Of a stretch of 64,000 nt of DNA, positions 25,880 to 39,279 are shown piece after piece; within the stretch, counting starts at the first letter, position 1, and each line of letters opens with the position of its first letter. The notes beneath the pieces are model-generated. The model ran no database searches. It saw only the letters and a program-made list of their open reading frames with translations, and had not been told where the DNA came from. The stretch lies in the NCBI RefSeq assembly GCF_963921235.1, contig NC_086108.1:112532001-112596000 (forward strand), read 5' to 3'. A program made the translations under genes and the position numbers. The DNA comes from Mobula hypostoma. Its lineage: Eukaryota.

Positions 25880-26329
25880 GGAGGTCAAGTTATTGAGCAT
25901 ATTTAAAGCAGAGAGGTCGTAAAGTTTTGATCAGTCAGGACATCAAATGTTATGGGGAGAAAGGGGTTGAGAGAGAAAATAAGTCAGCCATGATGGAATG
26001 GTAGAGGAGACTAATGGTCTAATCCTGCTCCTATGTCTGATGGTCATATTTCTTTCCTGGTTAAAGAATCATAGGGACATGGAAAGAGGCCATTCTGGGC
26101 CACTGAGTCCATGCTGACCATTTATGGGAGCACGCAGGGGAACCTGCAAGGTCGTAGGGAAATCGTGCAAACTCCACACAGAGAGTGCAGGAGTTTGGGA
26201 TTGCTTCTACCCACTGCACTTCTGAAATGTAAATTCTGTTTCTCTCTCCACCCAGTGCATGTTTACAACAAGTCAAAGATGCTTTGGTGGTGTGGGCACC
26301 CCTGCACACACACAGACACCAGTCAATGC

Positions 26330-26622
26330 TGGGATGGTAGAGAGGTCAGTTGTACATTGAAACACGCATTTCCTCGATGATAAATACAGTCCGAGGGCGT
26401 GCTGGGGGCAGTCTGCAAGCGTCGCTACGCTTCCGGCACCAACACGGCATGCCCACAACTCACTAATCCTCACCCACACGTCTTTGGAAAATGGGAGGAC
26501 ACCGCAGCACCCAGAGGAAACCCGCTCAGTCATGGGGAGAACGGACAAACTCCTCGCAAGCAACTATGGGAATTGAACCCCGACCACTGGCGTTGCAAAG
26601 TGTTACGGTAAATCGTGCTGCC
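26330..26622 (-). mobile_element. V-SINE, uninterrupted copy
   Basis: Collinear with both halves of the split SINE at 8950 and 17630. Confidence 0.7.
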
Positions 26623-26637
26623 TGATATGTATACATA

Positions 26638-27177
26638 CAGTCAGTGGCCATTTTATTAGGTACACCTGTACACCTGCTCATAAATCTAATCAGCCAATCA
26701 CGTGGCAGCAACTCAATGCATAAGAGCATGCAGACATGGTCAAGAGGTCCAGTTGTTTCTCAGAGCAAACATCAAAATAGGGAAGAACTGTAACCTAAGT
26801 GACTTTAACTGTGGAATGATTGTTGGAGCCAGAGTCAGAAACTGCTGATAGTCTGGGTTTTTACATACAACAGTCTCTAGAGATTACAGAGGATGGTGTG
26901 AAAAACAAAAAAAAAACATCCAGTAAGCAGCGGTTCTGTGGACGAAAATACTTTGTTAGTGAGAGAGGTCAGAGGAGATTGGCCAGACTAGTTCAAGCTG
27001 ACTGGAAGGTGACAGTAACTCAAATAACCACAACAGTGGTTTGCAGAAGAGCACCTCTGAATGCACAACACATCGAATCTTGAAGTGGATGGGCTACAGC
27101 AGCAGAAGATCACAAACAGACACTCCGTGGCCACTTTATGAGGTACAAGAGGTGCACAATAAAGCGTCCAATGAGTG
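26638..27177 (+). mobile_element. Tc1-like DNA transposon, internally deleted
   Basis: TA flanks (26636-37, 27178-79) and degenerate TIRs. Remnant transposase N-terminus LSDFNCGMIVGAR..SETAD..GRKYFVSERGQRRLARLVQAD..QKSTSECTTHRILKWMGYSSRR; no DDE domain. Confidence 0.8.
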
Positions 27178-28247
27178 TATGATATCCTTTACACCTGAAC
27201 AAACAACAGCATCATCAGTGAGTCAGACTCGCCAATACCATGTGATCTCAGCTATGAGTGATGAACAGCGTCTGGCGTGAGTACACAGAATAAGCCACTG
27301 TGTACCTCCTTAAACAAGTTCAACTTTAGTCTATCGTCATTCAACCGTACACATGCACACCACCAAGTGAAACAATGTTCCTCCAGACCAACAATATGCC
27401 TCTCATCCATATGTATTTACCGTTTATCTCCAAATGGATCAAGGTGCACAGTTCGTATAACTCACATACACAAACATCAGCACAAATGATAACATATATT
27501 GCCGAGGATTGACATTATCGCAGGAAAGCAGCATCCATCGTCAGGGACCCCCACCACCCAGGCCACGCTGTCCTCTCTCTGCTGCCATTGGAAAAGAGGT
27601 ACAGGAGCCTCAGGTACAATCACCAGGTTTCTAAACCAGTGAGGATAACTTCACTCACCCCAACGATGAACTCAGTCCACAACTTATGGACTCATTTTAA
27701 GGACTCTAAACCTCATGTTCTCAATATTTATTGCTTATTTATTTATTAATAACATTTTTTCTTTTTGTATCCACACGTCTTTTGCACATTGATTGTTTGT
27801 CCATCTCCGTCACAGTTTTACATTGATTCTATTGTGTTTCTTTTTACGTACAAGGAATGCCCACAAGAAAATCAATCTCCGGGTAGAACATGGTGACATA
27901 TATGTACTTTGCTAATAAATTTACTTTGAACCTGTGGTGAGTACATGGAACAAGCTGCCAGAGGAAGTGTTCGTAATGAAATCTCTCGTCTTGGTTCTAA
28001 AGGCCCGGTCCCTGACCTGTGACAATGATATTTGGACAGGTCCTGTTTAGTGTGTAAGGGCTAAGTGCCGGCAAAGGGGACTAACTTCAGTGGGCATCTT
28101 GATCAGCAGGAAGAGTGAGGCCAAGGGACATGTTCTAAGCTCTGTGACTCTGACCCCGAACTTCATGGAGAAGCATATGTACATACACTCAAGAATGAAT
28201 TCAGGCACACGCGAATGTGCAGACAACACCACCCACACTACACACTT

Positions 28248-28280
<33 letters not shown>

Positions 28281-28700
28281 CAATGGAGAGTGACAGCCTG
28301 TCGGTCCTTGAGACAGGGAAGGGGGTGTGCTTGGAGTAGCGAAGCAGAAGATTGTAACACGAGAACAGCGAGCTGCTGGTCTCCACTCTCCACGCTGCAG
28401 GAAAGCAACCTCCCTCTCCTTCTCCCTCGCTGGGAGAGACAGCCTGTCTGAGGTATGGAGGTGCTCGTTTGTGGACTGTATAGTTCTGATGAACTCTGCA
28501 GCAAGGACTCTTTGGGGCTGCTACTGTTGCTTGCATGGTGGGGGGTGGCCGCAAGTGAGGGGATGTCGACAATGCTCTTGCTGCTGCTTGTGAGAAGGGA
28601 AGGGAGCTGTAGGGCTTTGATATTTCTAACATTCATTCTATGGGGGTTCTTGTTTTGTGGGTGTCTGTGAAGAGTACGAATTTCAGGTTGCATACCGTAT

Positions 28701-29009
28701 AAAGTAAAGGCATCCGTTAGTCTTGCAAGACCATGGATCTGCGCCTGGAAAGTCTTCACTCTCCAGGGCGCAGGCCTGGGCAAGGTTGTATGGAAAACCA
28801 GCAGTTGCCCATGCTGCAAGTCTCCCCTCTCCACGACACCAATGTTGTCCAAGGGAAGGGCATTAGGACCCATACAGCTTGGCACCAGTGTCGTCGCAGA
28901 GCAATGTGTGATTAAGCTCAAGGACACAACATGTTCCGTCGGCTGGGGCTCGAACTCACGACCTTCAGGTCGCTAGTCCAATGCCTTAACCACTTGGCCA
29001 CGTGCCCAC
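28701..29009 (-). mobile_element. Young-looking tRNA-derived SINE (CORE-like)
   Basis: Minus-strand head GTGGCCAAGTGGTTAAGGC (A box)...GAGTTCGAGCCC (B box), then TGTGTCCTTGAGC (CORE-like) and a LINE-like tail. It does not fold as a complete tRNA gene. Confidence 0.75.
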
Positions 29010-29289
29010 TGTATACATACCGTGACATTAAGTGAACCTTTGCATGCGCATAGGCACATGCCCATGGGCACCTGCACACACGGGTTCATTTATTAATGAT
29101 GGTGAGGGAGGAGGGGTTGAGGAGCGAGGTGTCAGAGATCATGACCATAGGTGGGAGTCACGGTGTGACGATGACTCTGTGACGTGGCTGCACAGAGCAG
29201 GAACACCCAGCGAGCGTGGGAAGTGTTAGGTCTGGCACCTTGCTGGGAGGAACTCAAAGATTATTACCGTGATGGAAAAAGGCTGCAAG

Positions 29290-32200
29290 TGATGCCAGTA
29301 TCAGTACAGCTCGGGAACAGGACCTTCGGCCCACGATGTTATGACGATCCAATCAAACGGCCATCTAAACCAATCTCTTCTGCCTACATTATACCCATAT
29401 CCTTCCACTTTCCTCACATCCATGTGCCCGTCTAAACGGGCTCTCAAAGCCCCTCATGTATGTGCCTCGTCTGCCACCCCAGGCACCCACCACTCCCTGT
29501 GTACAAAAAACTTGCCCCTCACACCTCCTTAGAAATTATCCCCTCTCACCTTAAATGCAAGCCCTCTGGTATTTGACATTTTAAACCTAGGAAAAATATA
29601 CTGTCAGTCTACTCTATCCATGCCTCTATTAATCTTACAAACCTCCTTCAGGTCTCCCCTTAGCCTTTGGTGCTCCAGAGAAAACAATCCAAGTTTGTCC
29701 AACTATAACCCAAGTTATAGCACGTGTCCTCTAATCCTGGCAGCATCCTGATAAAAATCTATTCTGCACCCTCTCCAAAGCCTCGACATCTTTCTTCTGT
29801 TGGATGACCACAGCTCTTTGCAATTCTCCAGATGTGGCCTAACTGGAGATTTATTAAGCCTTTGTCGTGCATGAATCACAGAATGTTCGCAGAGGATGAT
29901 ATGGTAGAACAGGCTAAAGGGGCCGAGTGGCCTATTCCTGCTCCTGCGATAATAATGGCATAGAGTTATACAGCATCAGGACAGGCCTTTCAGCCCATCT
30001 GATCCATGCTTCATCCAAGCTAGGTCCATTTGCCAGCCTTTGGCCCGTAAGCTTTCAGCATACTTCTTCAGATGTGTAGTGGAGAGTATATCGACGGGTT
30101 ACATCACAGCCTGGTCTTGAAACTCTGATGCCCTTGAATGGAAACTCCTTAAAAAAAAAAGTAGTGGATATGGCTTCTATCAAATCACCCCTCAATCTCC
30201 TACATGCCAGAGAATAAAAGTCCTATTCTACACAGCCTCTCCTTGTATCTCAGGCGCCCAAGTCCAGGCAACACCATCCATCACGGATAAAGCCCTCCCC
30301 ACCATTGAGCACATCTACATGGAGTATTGTCACAGAAAACAGCATCCATCTTCAGGGATATCCACCACCCAGGCCATGCTCTCTTCTCACTGAGACAATC
30401 AGGGAAGAGGTACTGGACCCTCAGGGCTCACACCACCAGGTTCAGGAACAGTTATTACCCCTCAACCATCGGGAAGAAGGTACAGGAGCCTCAGGGCTCA
30501 CACCACCAGGTTCAGGAACAGTTATTACCCCTCAACCATCAGGCTCTTGGATAACTTCACTCATCTTCACTCACCCTAACACTAAACATAATAAATATTA
30601 TGTAACTATTTATTATCATTATTTCTTTTTCCCTTACCGTTTGTTGTTTTCTGCACATTGGTTGATTGTCAGTCCAGTTGGGTGTGGTGTTTTATTGATC
30701 CTATTGTGCTTCTTGTATTTACTAAGAATGCCCGCAGGGCTGTATATGGTGACATATATGTACTTTGATAATAAACTTACTTTCAACTTTCCTATCCATG
30801 TACCTTTCCAACTGTCTTTATAATGTTATTATTGAACCTAACTCAACCACTTTCTCTGGCAGCTCAATCCACATAGATAGAACCCTTTGCCCCCCAAGTT
30901 CTTATTAAATCTTTCCCTCTCACCTTAGGTTAGTTCCATTGCCTGCATTTGACTCACATCCTCGAATCCCTCCCTATCCAAATGCCTCTCAAACTCATCC
31001 CATACGCGGACTACCTTCTGGACGGAAAATGTTGCCACTCACTTCCAAGTATATCTCTGCTCTCTGACCTTCAACTGGTGACCTCTAATTCTTCATTGCA
31101 AAACCCTGGAGAAGACGACTGAGTGTTTTCACTTTATCCATGCCCCTCATTTTATACACCTCTCGGTATCCTGCCTCACTTCTCCCTCTGACTCAGTCCC
31201 TCAAATCCTGGCAGCATCCCTTTTCTGCACTCTCCCCAGTTAAATAACATCTTTCCTTTAGCAAGGCAACCAAAACTGAACACAATACTCCAAATGTGGT
31301 GTCGCCAGCATCCCGGACAACCACACCATGACCTCCCAACCGTAAAACTCCATCCCCTGACTGATGAAAGCCAGTGTGCCAAAAGCCTTCTTTGTTTATC
31401 AATGACCACACTTTCATGGTGATACGTACTTTTATACCCCCCTGAACAAGAAGGCATAGCAGTTCCTCCATTTCCTAAGAAGACTGAGGCAAGCAAAGCT
31501 CCACCCTGCCCCTACCCACCCATCTTAACGGTGTTTTACAGGAGCACCACTGACAGCATCCTGACAAGTTGCATCTCCATCTGGTATGGGAGCAGTCGGG
31601 CATCGGACCAGACAGTGAGAACAGCTGAGAGGATCATAGGGGTCTCCCTATATCCACCGGGGACATTTATCAGGAGCACTACATACGCAGAGCCCTTAGT
31701 ATTATCAAGGATCCCACCCATCCATCCAGCATCCTCTTTGACTTTCTACCATCAGGCAGGAGACTATGAAGCATAAAGACAAGAACAGTCAGGATGGGAA
31801 ACTCCCTGCTGCATCGTATTCGAAATGTCACTGGTTAATCTGTTCCGTATCTTACATAATTAATATTAATGCACTTTAGTTTGTTATTTTTGTGTGATTC
31901 ATCTGTAGATTTTACCCTTAGCTTCAAAAGTTATTGTGTGTTATGCATACTACTGAGCTTTAGACCCTGGTTAGGAGAAACCTTGTCTCGTTTCTATACG
32001 CATTACATGGTTCTCAACGTTATATACATGTACATAGTTAAATAACAATAAACTCGACTTAACTTGACCTGTTCTCCAAGTCCCCTCTGTTCTACAACAC
32101 TACCCAGGGCCCTGCCGTTCACTGTGAAGGTCTTCATTATTAAAGTACATATATGCCACCAGATACAATACAGAGATCCATTTTCTTGTGGGCATACTCA

Positions 32201-34745
32201 ATAAATATATAGTAGAATAATAACCATAATAGAATCAATGAAAGACTGTACCAACTTGGGCATCCAACCAGTATGCTGAAGACAATAAACTGCAAATATA
32301 AAAAGAAGAAATAATAATAATAAATAAATAATCAATATATATTGAAAACATGAGATGAAGAGTCCTTGAAAGTGAGTCCAGTAGTTGATGAAACATTTCA
32401 ATGGTGTGGCAAGTGACGTTGAGTGAACTTATATCCACTTTAGTTCAGGAGCCTGATGGTTGAGGGGGTAATAACTCTTCCTGAACCTGGTGGTGTGGGA
32501 CCTGAGGCTCCTGTACCTCCTCCCTGATGGCAGCAGCGAGAAGAGAGCATAGCCTGGGTGGTGGGGCCCCTGATAAAGGATGCTGCTTTCCTGTGCCAAC
32601 GCTCTGTGAAAATGTGCTCACACAGGAGGGCTTTACCCTGCTGTAATGGGTTGCATCCACTACTTTTTGAAGGATTTTCAGTTCAAGGGCATCGGTGTTG
32701 TGATGCAGCCAGTCAATATATTCTCCACATCAACAGAAGATTGTCAAAGTTTTAGATGTCACAAACTCTGAAGGAAGTAGAGGTGCAGCCGTGTTTCCTT
32801 CGTATTTGCACTTAATGCGGAGCCCGGGACAGGTCCTGTGAAATGGATCGAGGAATTTAAAGTTATTGACGCCCTCCACCTCTGATGAGGATGGCTCATG
32901 GAGCTCTGGTTCCCTTGACCTGAAGTCAATAACTTGGTCCTGCTGACAGTGAGTAAGCGGTCGTTGTGACACCACTCAGCCAGATTTTCAACTTCCCTCC
33001 TATATGCTGATACATCACCACCTTTGGTTCAGCTGAAGACAGTGAGTCGTCAGCAGACTCAAAAATGGCATGGGAGCTGTGCTTGACCACACAGTCATAG
33101 GTGTAAAGTGAGTAGAGCAGGGGCTTGTGTGCACCTGTGCTGATGGTGATGGAGCAGATTCAAGTTCGGTTAATGTCATTTCCAGTACACAAGTGTAAAG
33201 GAGAATGAAATAATTGTTACTCTGGATATGATACACCAAAAAAAAAACACAAAAGATAAATAACACAATAAATATAAAGGCACAAGACAGCTTATCTCCA
33301 TAGATTGATTGTTTGTCCGTAAAGTGACACTAGGCACAGGAGTGTCTGTACATAAGGTGACTGACAGGAAATGATAAAGTCGTGGTGACTGGGGTGAGTT
33401 AGTAGGAGGAGGTGTTGATCGGCCTTGCTGCTTGGTGAAAATAACAGGTTTTGAGTCTGCTGGTCCTGATGTGGGTGCTATGGAGCTTCCTTCCTCATGG
33501 GAGTGGGACAAGATATCCACCAGCAAGGTGGGGAGACTTCCCTTCAGACATTGCCAAGTAGCAGAATAAATCTTTCACTGAACCCAGTGAGCTTAAAGGG
33601 AGGTGAGTCTGAGTGTGTAGCTATTCAGACTTTATTCCCTGGGGTGCAGGAGATTCCATAGAGGTATACAAGATTATCAGGGGCATAGATAGGGTAAATG
33701 CAAGCAGGCTTTTTCCACTGAGGCTGGGTGAGGCAAGAGGTTATGGGTTAAGTGTGAAAGGTGAAATGTTTCAGGGGAATAATGATGGGGAACTTCTTCA
33801 CTCAAAGGATGGTGAGAGTGTGGAACGAGCTGCCAGAGGAAGTGGTAGATGTGGGTTCAATTTCAGCATTTCAGAGAAGTTCAGCTAAGTACAAGGATGG
33901 GAGGGGTATGGAGGGCTCTAATCCTGGTGCAGGTCAATGGGACTAGGCAGAATGACAGTCTGGCATGGACTAGATGGGCTGAAGGGCCTGTTTCCGTGCT
34001 GAAGCATTCTATGACTCTATTCTCCTATGCTCCAGAAAATAAAGTCCTAATCTATCTGACCTTTTCATACAACTTCCTATCGTATGTTTGCAGAGAATAG
34101 GAATTAGTAGAGTTATGGACAGGCTATCAATGGATTCAACAGTATTTAGCTCAAAGTTCAAAGTACATTTATTAACAGATTTATTACATATATTGATGCC
34201 ATAATATACTACCCTGAGATTCATTTTCTTGTGGGTATTTACAGTTGTTTTTATTGTAATTTATTGTTTTTTTCATGATGTACTGCAACGTACTGCTGAT
34301 GTAAAACAACACATTTCATGGCATATGGGTCTGTACCCGCTGGAATTCAGAAGGATGAGGGGGGGAATCTCATTGAAATGTTGAAAGGCCTAGACAGAGT
34401 AGATGCAGAAAGGATGTTTCCCATGGTGGGAGAGTCTAGGACAAGAGGGCACAGTCTCAGGATAGAGGGGCGCCCTTTCAAAACAGAGATGTGGAAAAAT
34501 TTCTTTAGCCAAAGGGTGATGAATTTGTAGAATTTGTGGCCACGTGTAGCTGTGGAGGCCAGGTCATTGGGTGTATTTAACACAGATTGATAGGTTCTTG
34601 ATTGGACATGGCATCAAAGGTTACGGGGAGAAGGCCGGGAAACTGGGGTCGAGGAGGGATAAAAAAGGATCAGCCATGATTGAATGGCAGAGCAGACTCG
34701 ATGGGCCAGATGGCATAATTCTGCTCCTCTATCTTATGGTCTTAT
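29290..34745. mobile_element. Mosaic of old CR1 and Rex1/Babar-like fragments on both strands
   Basis: Recurrent decayed peptides, e.g. HPGHALFSL...TTRFRNSYYP, FYRSTTDSILTSCISIWYG and TRGHSLRIEG...FFSQRVMNL. Confidence 0.7.
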
Positions 34746-34824
34746 ATACTTCCAATATTAAACATGAATATGATAGAACGCAGAAATACAATAGAATCAA
34801 TGAAAAACTACACACAAAGACTGA

Positions 34825-35674
34825 GGCTCCCAGCCTCAGCAAGGGGGATGAGGCTGAGTACAGGGCTACGGTAGGAAACTTTGTCACATGGTGTGAGCAG
34901 AATTATCTGCAGCTTAATGTGAAAAAGACGAAGGAGCTGGTGGTAGACCTGAGGAGAGCTAAGGTACCGGTGACCCCTGTTTCCATCCAGGGGGTCAGTG
35001 TGGACATGGTGGAGGATTACAAATACCTGGGGATACGAATTGACAATAAACTGGATTGGTCAAAGAACACTGAGGCTGTCTACAAGAAGGGTCAGAGCCG
35101 TCTCTATTTCCTGAGGAGACTGAGGTCCTTTAACATCTGCCGGACGATGCTGAGGATGTTCTACGAGTCTGTGGTGGCCAGTGCTATCATGTTTGCTGTT
35201 GTGTGCTGGGACAGCAGGCTGAGGGTAGCAGACACCAACAGAATCAACAAACTCATTCGTAAGGCCAGTGATGTTGTGGGGATGGAACTGGACTCTCTAA
35301 CGGTGGTGTCTGAAAAGAGGATGCTGTCCAAGTTGCATGCCATCTTGGACAATGTCTCCCATCCACTACATAATGTACTGGGTGGGCACAGGAGTACATT
35401 CAGCCAGAGACTCATTCCACTGAGATGCAGCACAGAGCGTCATAGGAAGTCATTCCTGCCTGTGGCCATCAAACTTTACAACTCCTCCCTTGGAGGGTCA
35501 GACACCCTGAGCCAATAGGCTGGTCCTGGCCTTATTTCATAATTTACTGGCATAATTTACATATTACTATTAACTATTTATGGTTCTATTACTATTTACT
35601 ATTTATGGTGCAACTGTAATGAAAACCAATTTCCCCCGGGATCAATAAAGTATGACTATAACTATGACTATGAC
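34825..35674 (+). mobile_element. Young Rex1/Babar-like LINE, 5'-truncated, (TATGAC)n tail
   Basis: Open frame WCEQNYLQLNVKKTKELVVD...YKYLG...LYFLRRLRSFN to a stop at 35518; 3' end AATTTCCCCCGGGATCAATAAAG(TATGAC)n. A near-identical shorter copy lies at 42951-43370. Confidence 0.85.
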
Positions 35675-36894
35675 AAACAACCAATGTGCAAATGAAGACA
35701 AACTGTGTAAATAATTAATAGATAGAAATTACTGAGAACACAAGTTGTAGAGTCCTTGAAAGTGAGTGTGTAGGTTGTGTAATCAGTTCTGAGTTGTGGT
35801 GAGTGAAGTTATCCACGCTGGTTCAGGAACCTGATGGCTGAAGGGTTGTAACTGTTCCACAACCTAGTGGTGTGGGACCTACGGCTCCCGTACTTTCTTC
35901 TGGTGTTTGTAATGAGAAGAGAGCACGGCCTTCATGGTGGGAATCCCTGATGATGGATGCTGCTTTCCTGAATCAGTGCTCCTTGTAGATGTGCTCAATG
36001 GTGGGGAGGACTTTGTCTCTGATGGACTGGGCTGTGTCCACTACTTTTTGTTGGCTTTTCTGTTCTTGGATATTGGTGTGTCCATTCCAAGCTCTGATAC
36101 AACCAGTCAGTATACTCTCCACTGTGCATCTGTAGGAGTTCATCAAAGATTACATGGCAAGCTGACTAGCGCACACTTCTAAGAAAATAGGGGCGCTGTC
36201 ATGATGTTTTTGTAATGGCACTTACTTGCTGGTCCCAGGACAGATTGTCTGGTATTAAAATTCAAAGTACATTTATTATCAAAGTAGGTATAGATTATAC
36301 AACCTTGAGATTCATCTTCTAACAGGCGTCCACAAAACAGAGAAAACCAAAAAAAAACAAAAATAGAGAAGGCTATCAAACACCCAATGTGCAGAGAGAA
36401 AAATAAAACAAATTATGCAAACAGTAAACACAAACAAATAGCCTCTGAGCTGAAGTCTACAAAAGAAAGTTGGTCCCCTGACCCTTCGGCCAGCACAGAG
36501 CAGAACCGGCCCAACCCTCACCTCGGGCCCCAACACCCTGACCTTTCCAATTCAGCTGGTCACCTAAACCATTGTCCAAACACTGGGTTCAGTCACCTCG
36601 ACACGCTCTGGGACCCCACTGCCCTGATTTGGCCTGTAGCCGACCTTACTGATTCGGCCTAGTGCTTCAATCACTCCCTGATGAGGACTGGCTCATGGAC
36701 TACCAGTCTCCTCCTCCTGAAGTCAATAATCAGCTCCTTGGTTTTGCTGACGTTGACAGAGGGGTTGTTGTTGTGAGACCACTCAGCCGTATTTTCATTC
36801 TCCTTGCTATATGTTACAGACGTCAATGATCTACAGAGGAATCTTTGAGTCATAGTTCATAGTTCACTAAAAGTGGCCATTCAAGTAGATAGCA

Positions 36895-37272
36895 TCAGTT
36901 TATATGCCATGACATTTGATGTGGGCGATCTTGGTCTTTCCATGACCATGATTGTTCTTGGAAATTTTTTCCTACAAAAGTGGTTTTCCATTGCCTTCTT
37001 CTGGGCAGTGTCTTTGCAAGACTGGTGAACTCACCCACTACCAATGCTCTTCAGAGATTGTCTGCTTGGCATCTGTCGTCACATGACCATTACTTGTGAT
37101 ATGCACCAGCTGCTCATACAACCATCCACCACCTGCTCCCATGACTTCAAGTGACCCTGACTGGGGGGCCGAGCAGGTGGCACATCTTGCCCGAGGGTGA
37201 CCTGCAGGCTAGCGGAGGGAAGGAGCACCTTACACCTCCTTTGGTAGAGATGTACCTCCACCCTGTCACCTG
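36895..37272 (-). mobile_element. RTE-tailed non-autonomous retroelement
   Basis: Third copy of the 405/18938 family. Confidence 0.55.
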
Positions 37273-37875
37273 TGCAAGTAGATAGGGTGGTAAAAGTGGC
37301 AGACTTGATTTCACTGGTTGGCATATTGAGTGATGTCACGCTGTAGCTGTATAAAACCTTGGTTAGAGAATTGCATGCAGTTCTGGTTGCTCTAGAAGAA
37401 TGTGGAGACTTTGCAGAAGATTCAGTGGTTCACCAGAATGTTGCTGGATTAGAAGGCATGAACTACAAGGGTAAGGTTAGAGAAACTCAGATTGTCCTTC
37501 CTAGAGTGCCAGAGGCCGAGGCAACATCTGATAGAGGTTTCTCAGATCATGAGGCATATTTTAGGTAGACAGTCAGAATCTCCTTCTTGTCTGTAATCAG
37601 CACTTGTATACCAGCTTAGCCCAGTGCTCTACTCTCTCTGCACTCGTGATCGTGTGGTTTTCAAATGTCATCTATAAGTTCGCCAGTGACACATCTGTTG
37701 TCAGCACAATCTCAAATGGTGACAAAGAGGTGTACGGCAGTGAAACCTTGTGTAAACGTCCAAAGTGCTGGTTGAGTGCTGTCACAACGACAACCTTGCA
37801 CTCAACTTCAGTAAGACCTAGGAATTGGTTATGGACTTCAGGAAGGGGAAGTCAAGGGAACACACACCAGACCTC

Positions 37876-38356
37876 ATTCTTCTCCGGAGGGGAAGGCCCC
37901 GAGTCCTCGGCTTTGCTTGTCGCTCGGCGGCCGGGGCGGGGTCGAAGCGCTCGGCAGAGATGGTGCTCGGTGTCGGAGGCTCGAAGTTTTCGGACGGACT
38001 CAGAGTTGGCTGTGGTTGGGTGCTTCCAGGGCATCAGCAGTTGTCGGCGCCTTGAGGTTTATGGCAGGGAGAGTTTCTCCCTTTCGCCGCCTGCTATCGG
38101 GGACTACCTGGAGATGATCGGGACTTTGAGACTTTTTTTTACCGTTCCCATGGTCTGCTCTTCATCAAATTATGGTATTGCTTTGCAGTGCTGTAACTAT
38201 ATGTTATAATTATGTGGTCTTGTCAGTGCTAGTCTTTGGTTTGTCCTGTTTTTTTGTAATATCACTCTGGAGGAACATTGTATCATTTCTTAATGCATGC
38301 ATTTCTAAATGACAATAAACGAGGACTGAGTGTCCTCATAATCTAATCTAATCTAA
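37876..38356 (+). mobile_element. Non-coding LINE-derived element with a GAGGAC-loop-GTCCTC stem-loop and (ATCTA)n tail, inside a Rex1-like fragment
   Basis: Homologous to ~58430-58918; no RT coding sequence. Confidence 0.65.
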
Positions 38357-39279
38357 ATTGACAGATCAGCAGTTTCAAATCTATCCTGGGTCCAACATAT
38401 TGATGTAATTACAAAGAAGGCATGACAGTGGCTATATTTCATTAGGAGTTTGAGGAGATTTGGTACATCACCAAAGACTCTAGCAGGTTTCTACAGATGT
38501 ACCATGGAGAGCATTCTAACTGGTTACGTCACCGTCTGGTATGGAGGGGCCACTGGACAGGATCGGAAAAGGCTGCAGGAAGTTGTAAACTCAGCCAGCT
38601 CCATCATGAGCACTCGCCTCCCCAGCACCCAGGACACTTTCAGAAGGAGGTGTCGCCACCCAGGACATGCCCTCTTCTCTCTGCCACCATCACGGAGGAG
38701 GTATAGGGGCTTGTCGACACAGGAAAAGTCTGAACCCGTGCACACAACCCGACTGCAGAGATCAAGATTAGTAAGGACAAGATCTGTTCATATTTTGTCA
38801 CAGTAGGCATGGAATTAAGATTTATTTAATTGACTGAGTGTGGAACAAAGCGCTGGTATCACTATTGAAGACTGTGTGTGGGAGAAAAATGGCAGAGACC
38901 CGGGTTGAATCCAAACGCCACCACTGTCTGCATGGAGTTTGCATCTTCTCCCTGTGACGGTCTAGTTCACCTGCGGATACTCCAGTTTCCTTCCTCGTTA
39001 CTTACAGAAGGTATGATATATAATATACAAACATATATCGTGTTGTAATTCATAGCATATTTTATGTATTGCATTGTACTGCAGCCACAAAACAACAAAT
39101 TTCATGCCATATGTCAGTGACAATAAACCTGTTATCCCTCCCCCAGTGTAAAAATATCAAATGTTACAGGACAGGCATTTAAGGTCAGAGGGGAAAAGAT
39201 CAAAGCAGATGTTCAGGGCAGGTTCATAATCAGAATCTCAGAAGTGTGAGGCACATCGGCTTGTATTCAAAACACAATT

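Noticed and set aside
28920..29009. tRNA gene
   Set aside because: A and B boxes are present, but the sequence continues into a SINE body and tail, and the acceptor stem does not close convincingly.
34571..35518. 315-aa ORF as a host gene
   Set aside because: It is a chance fusion of a CR1 3' UTR, another LINE UTR and a Rex1-like RT C-terminus.
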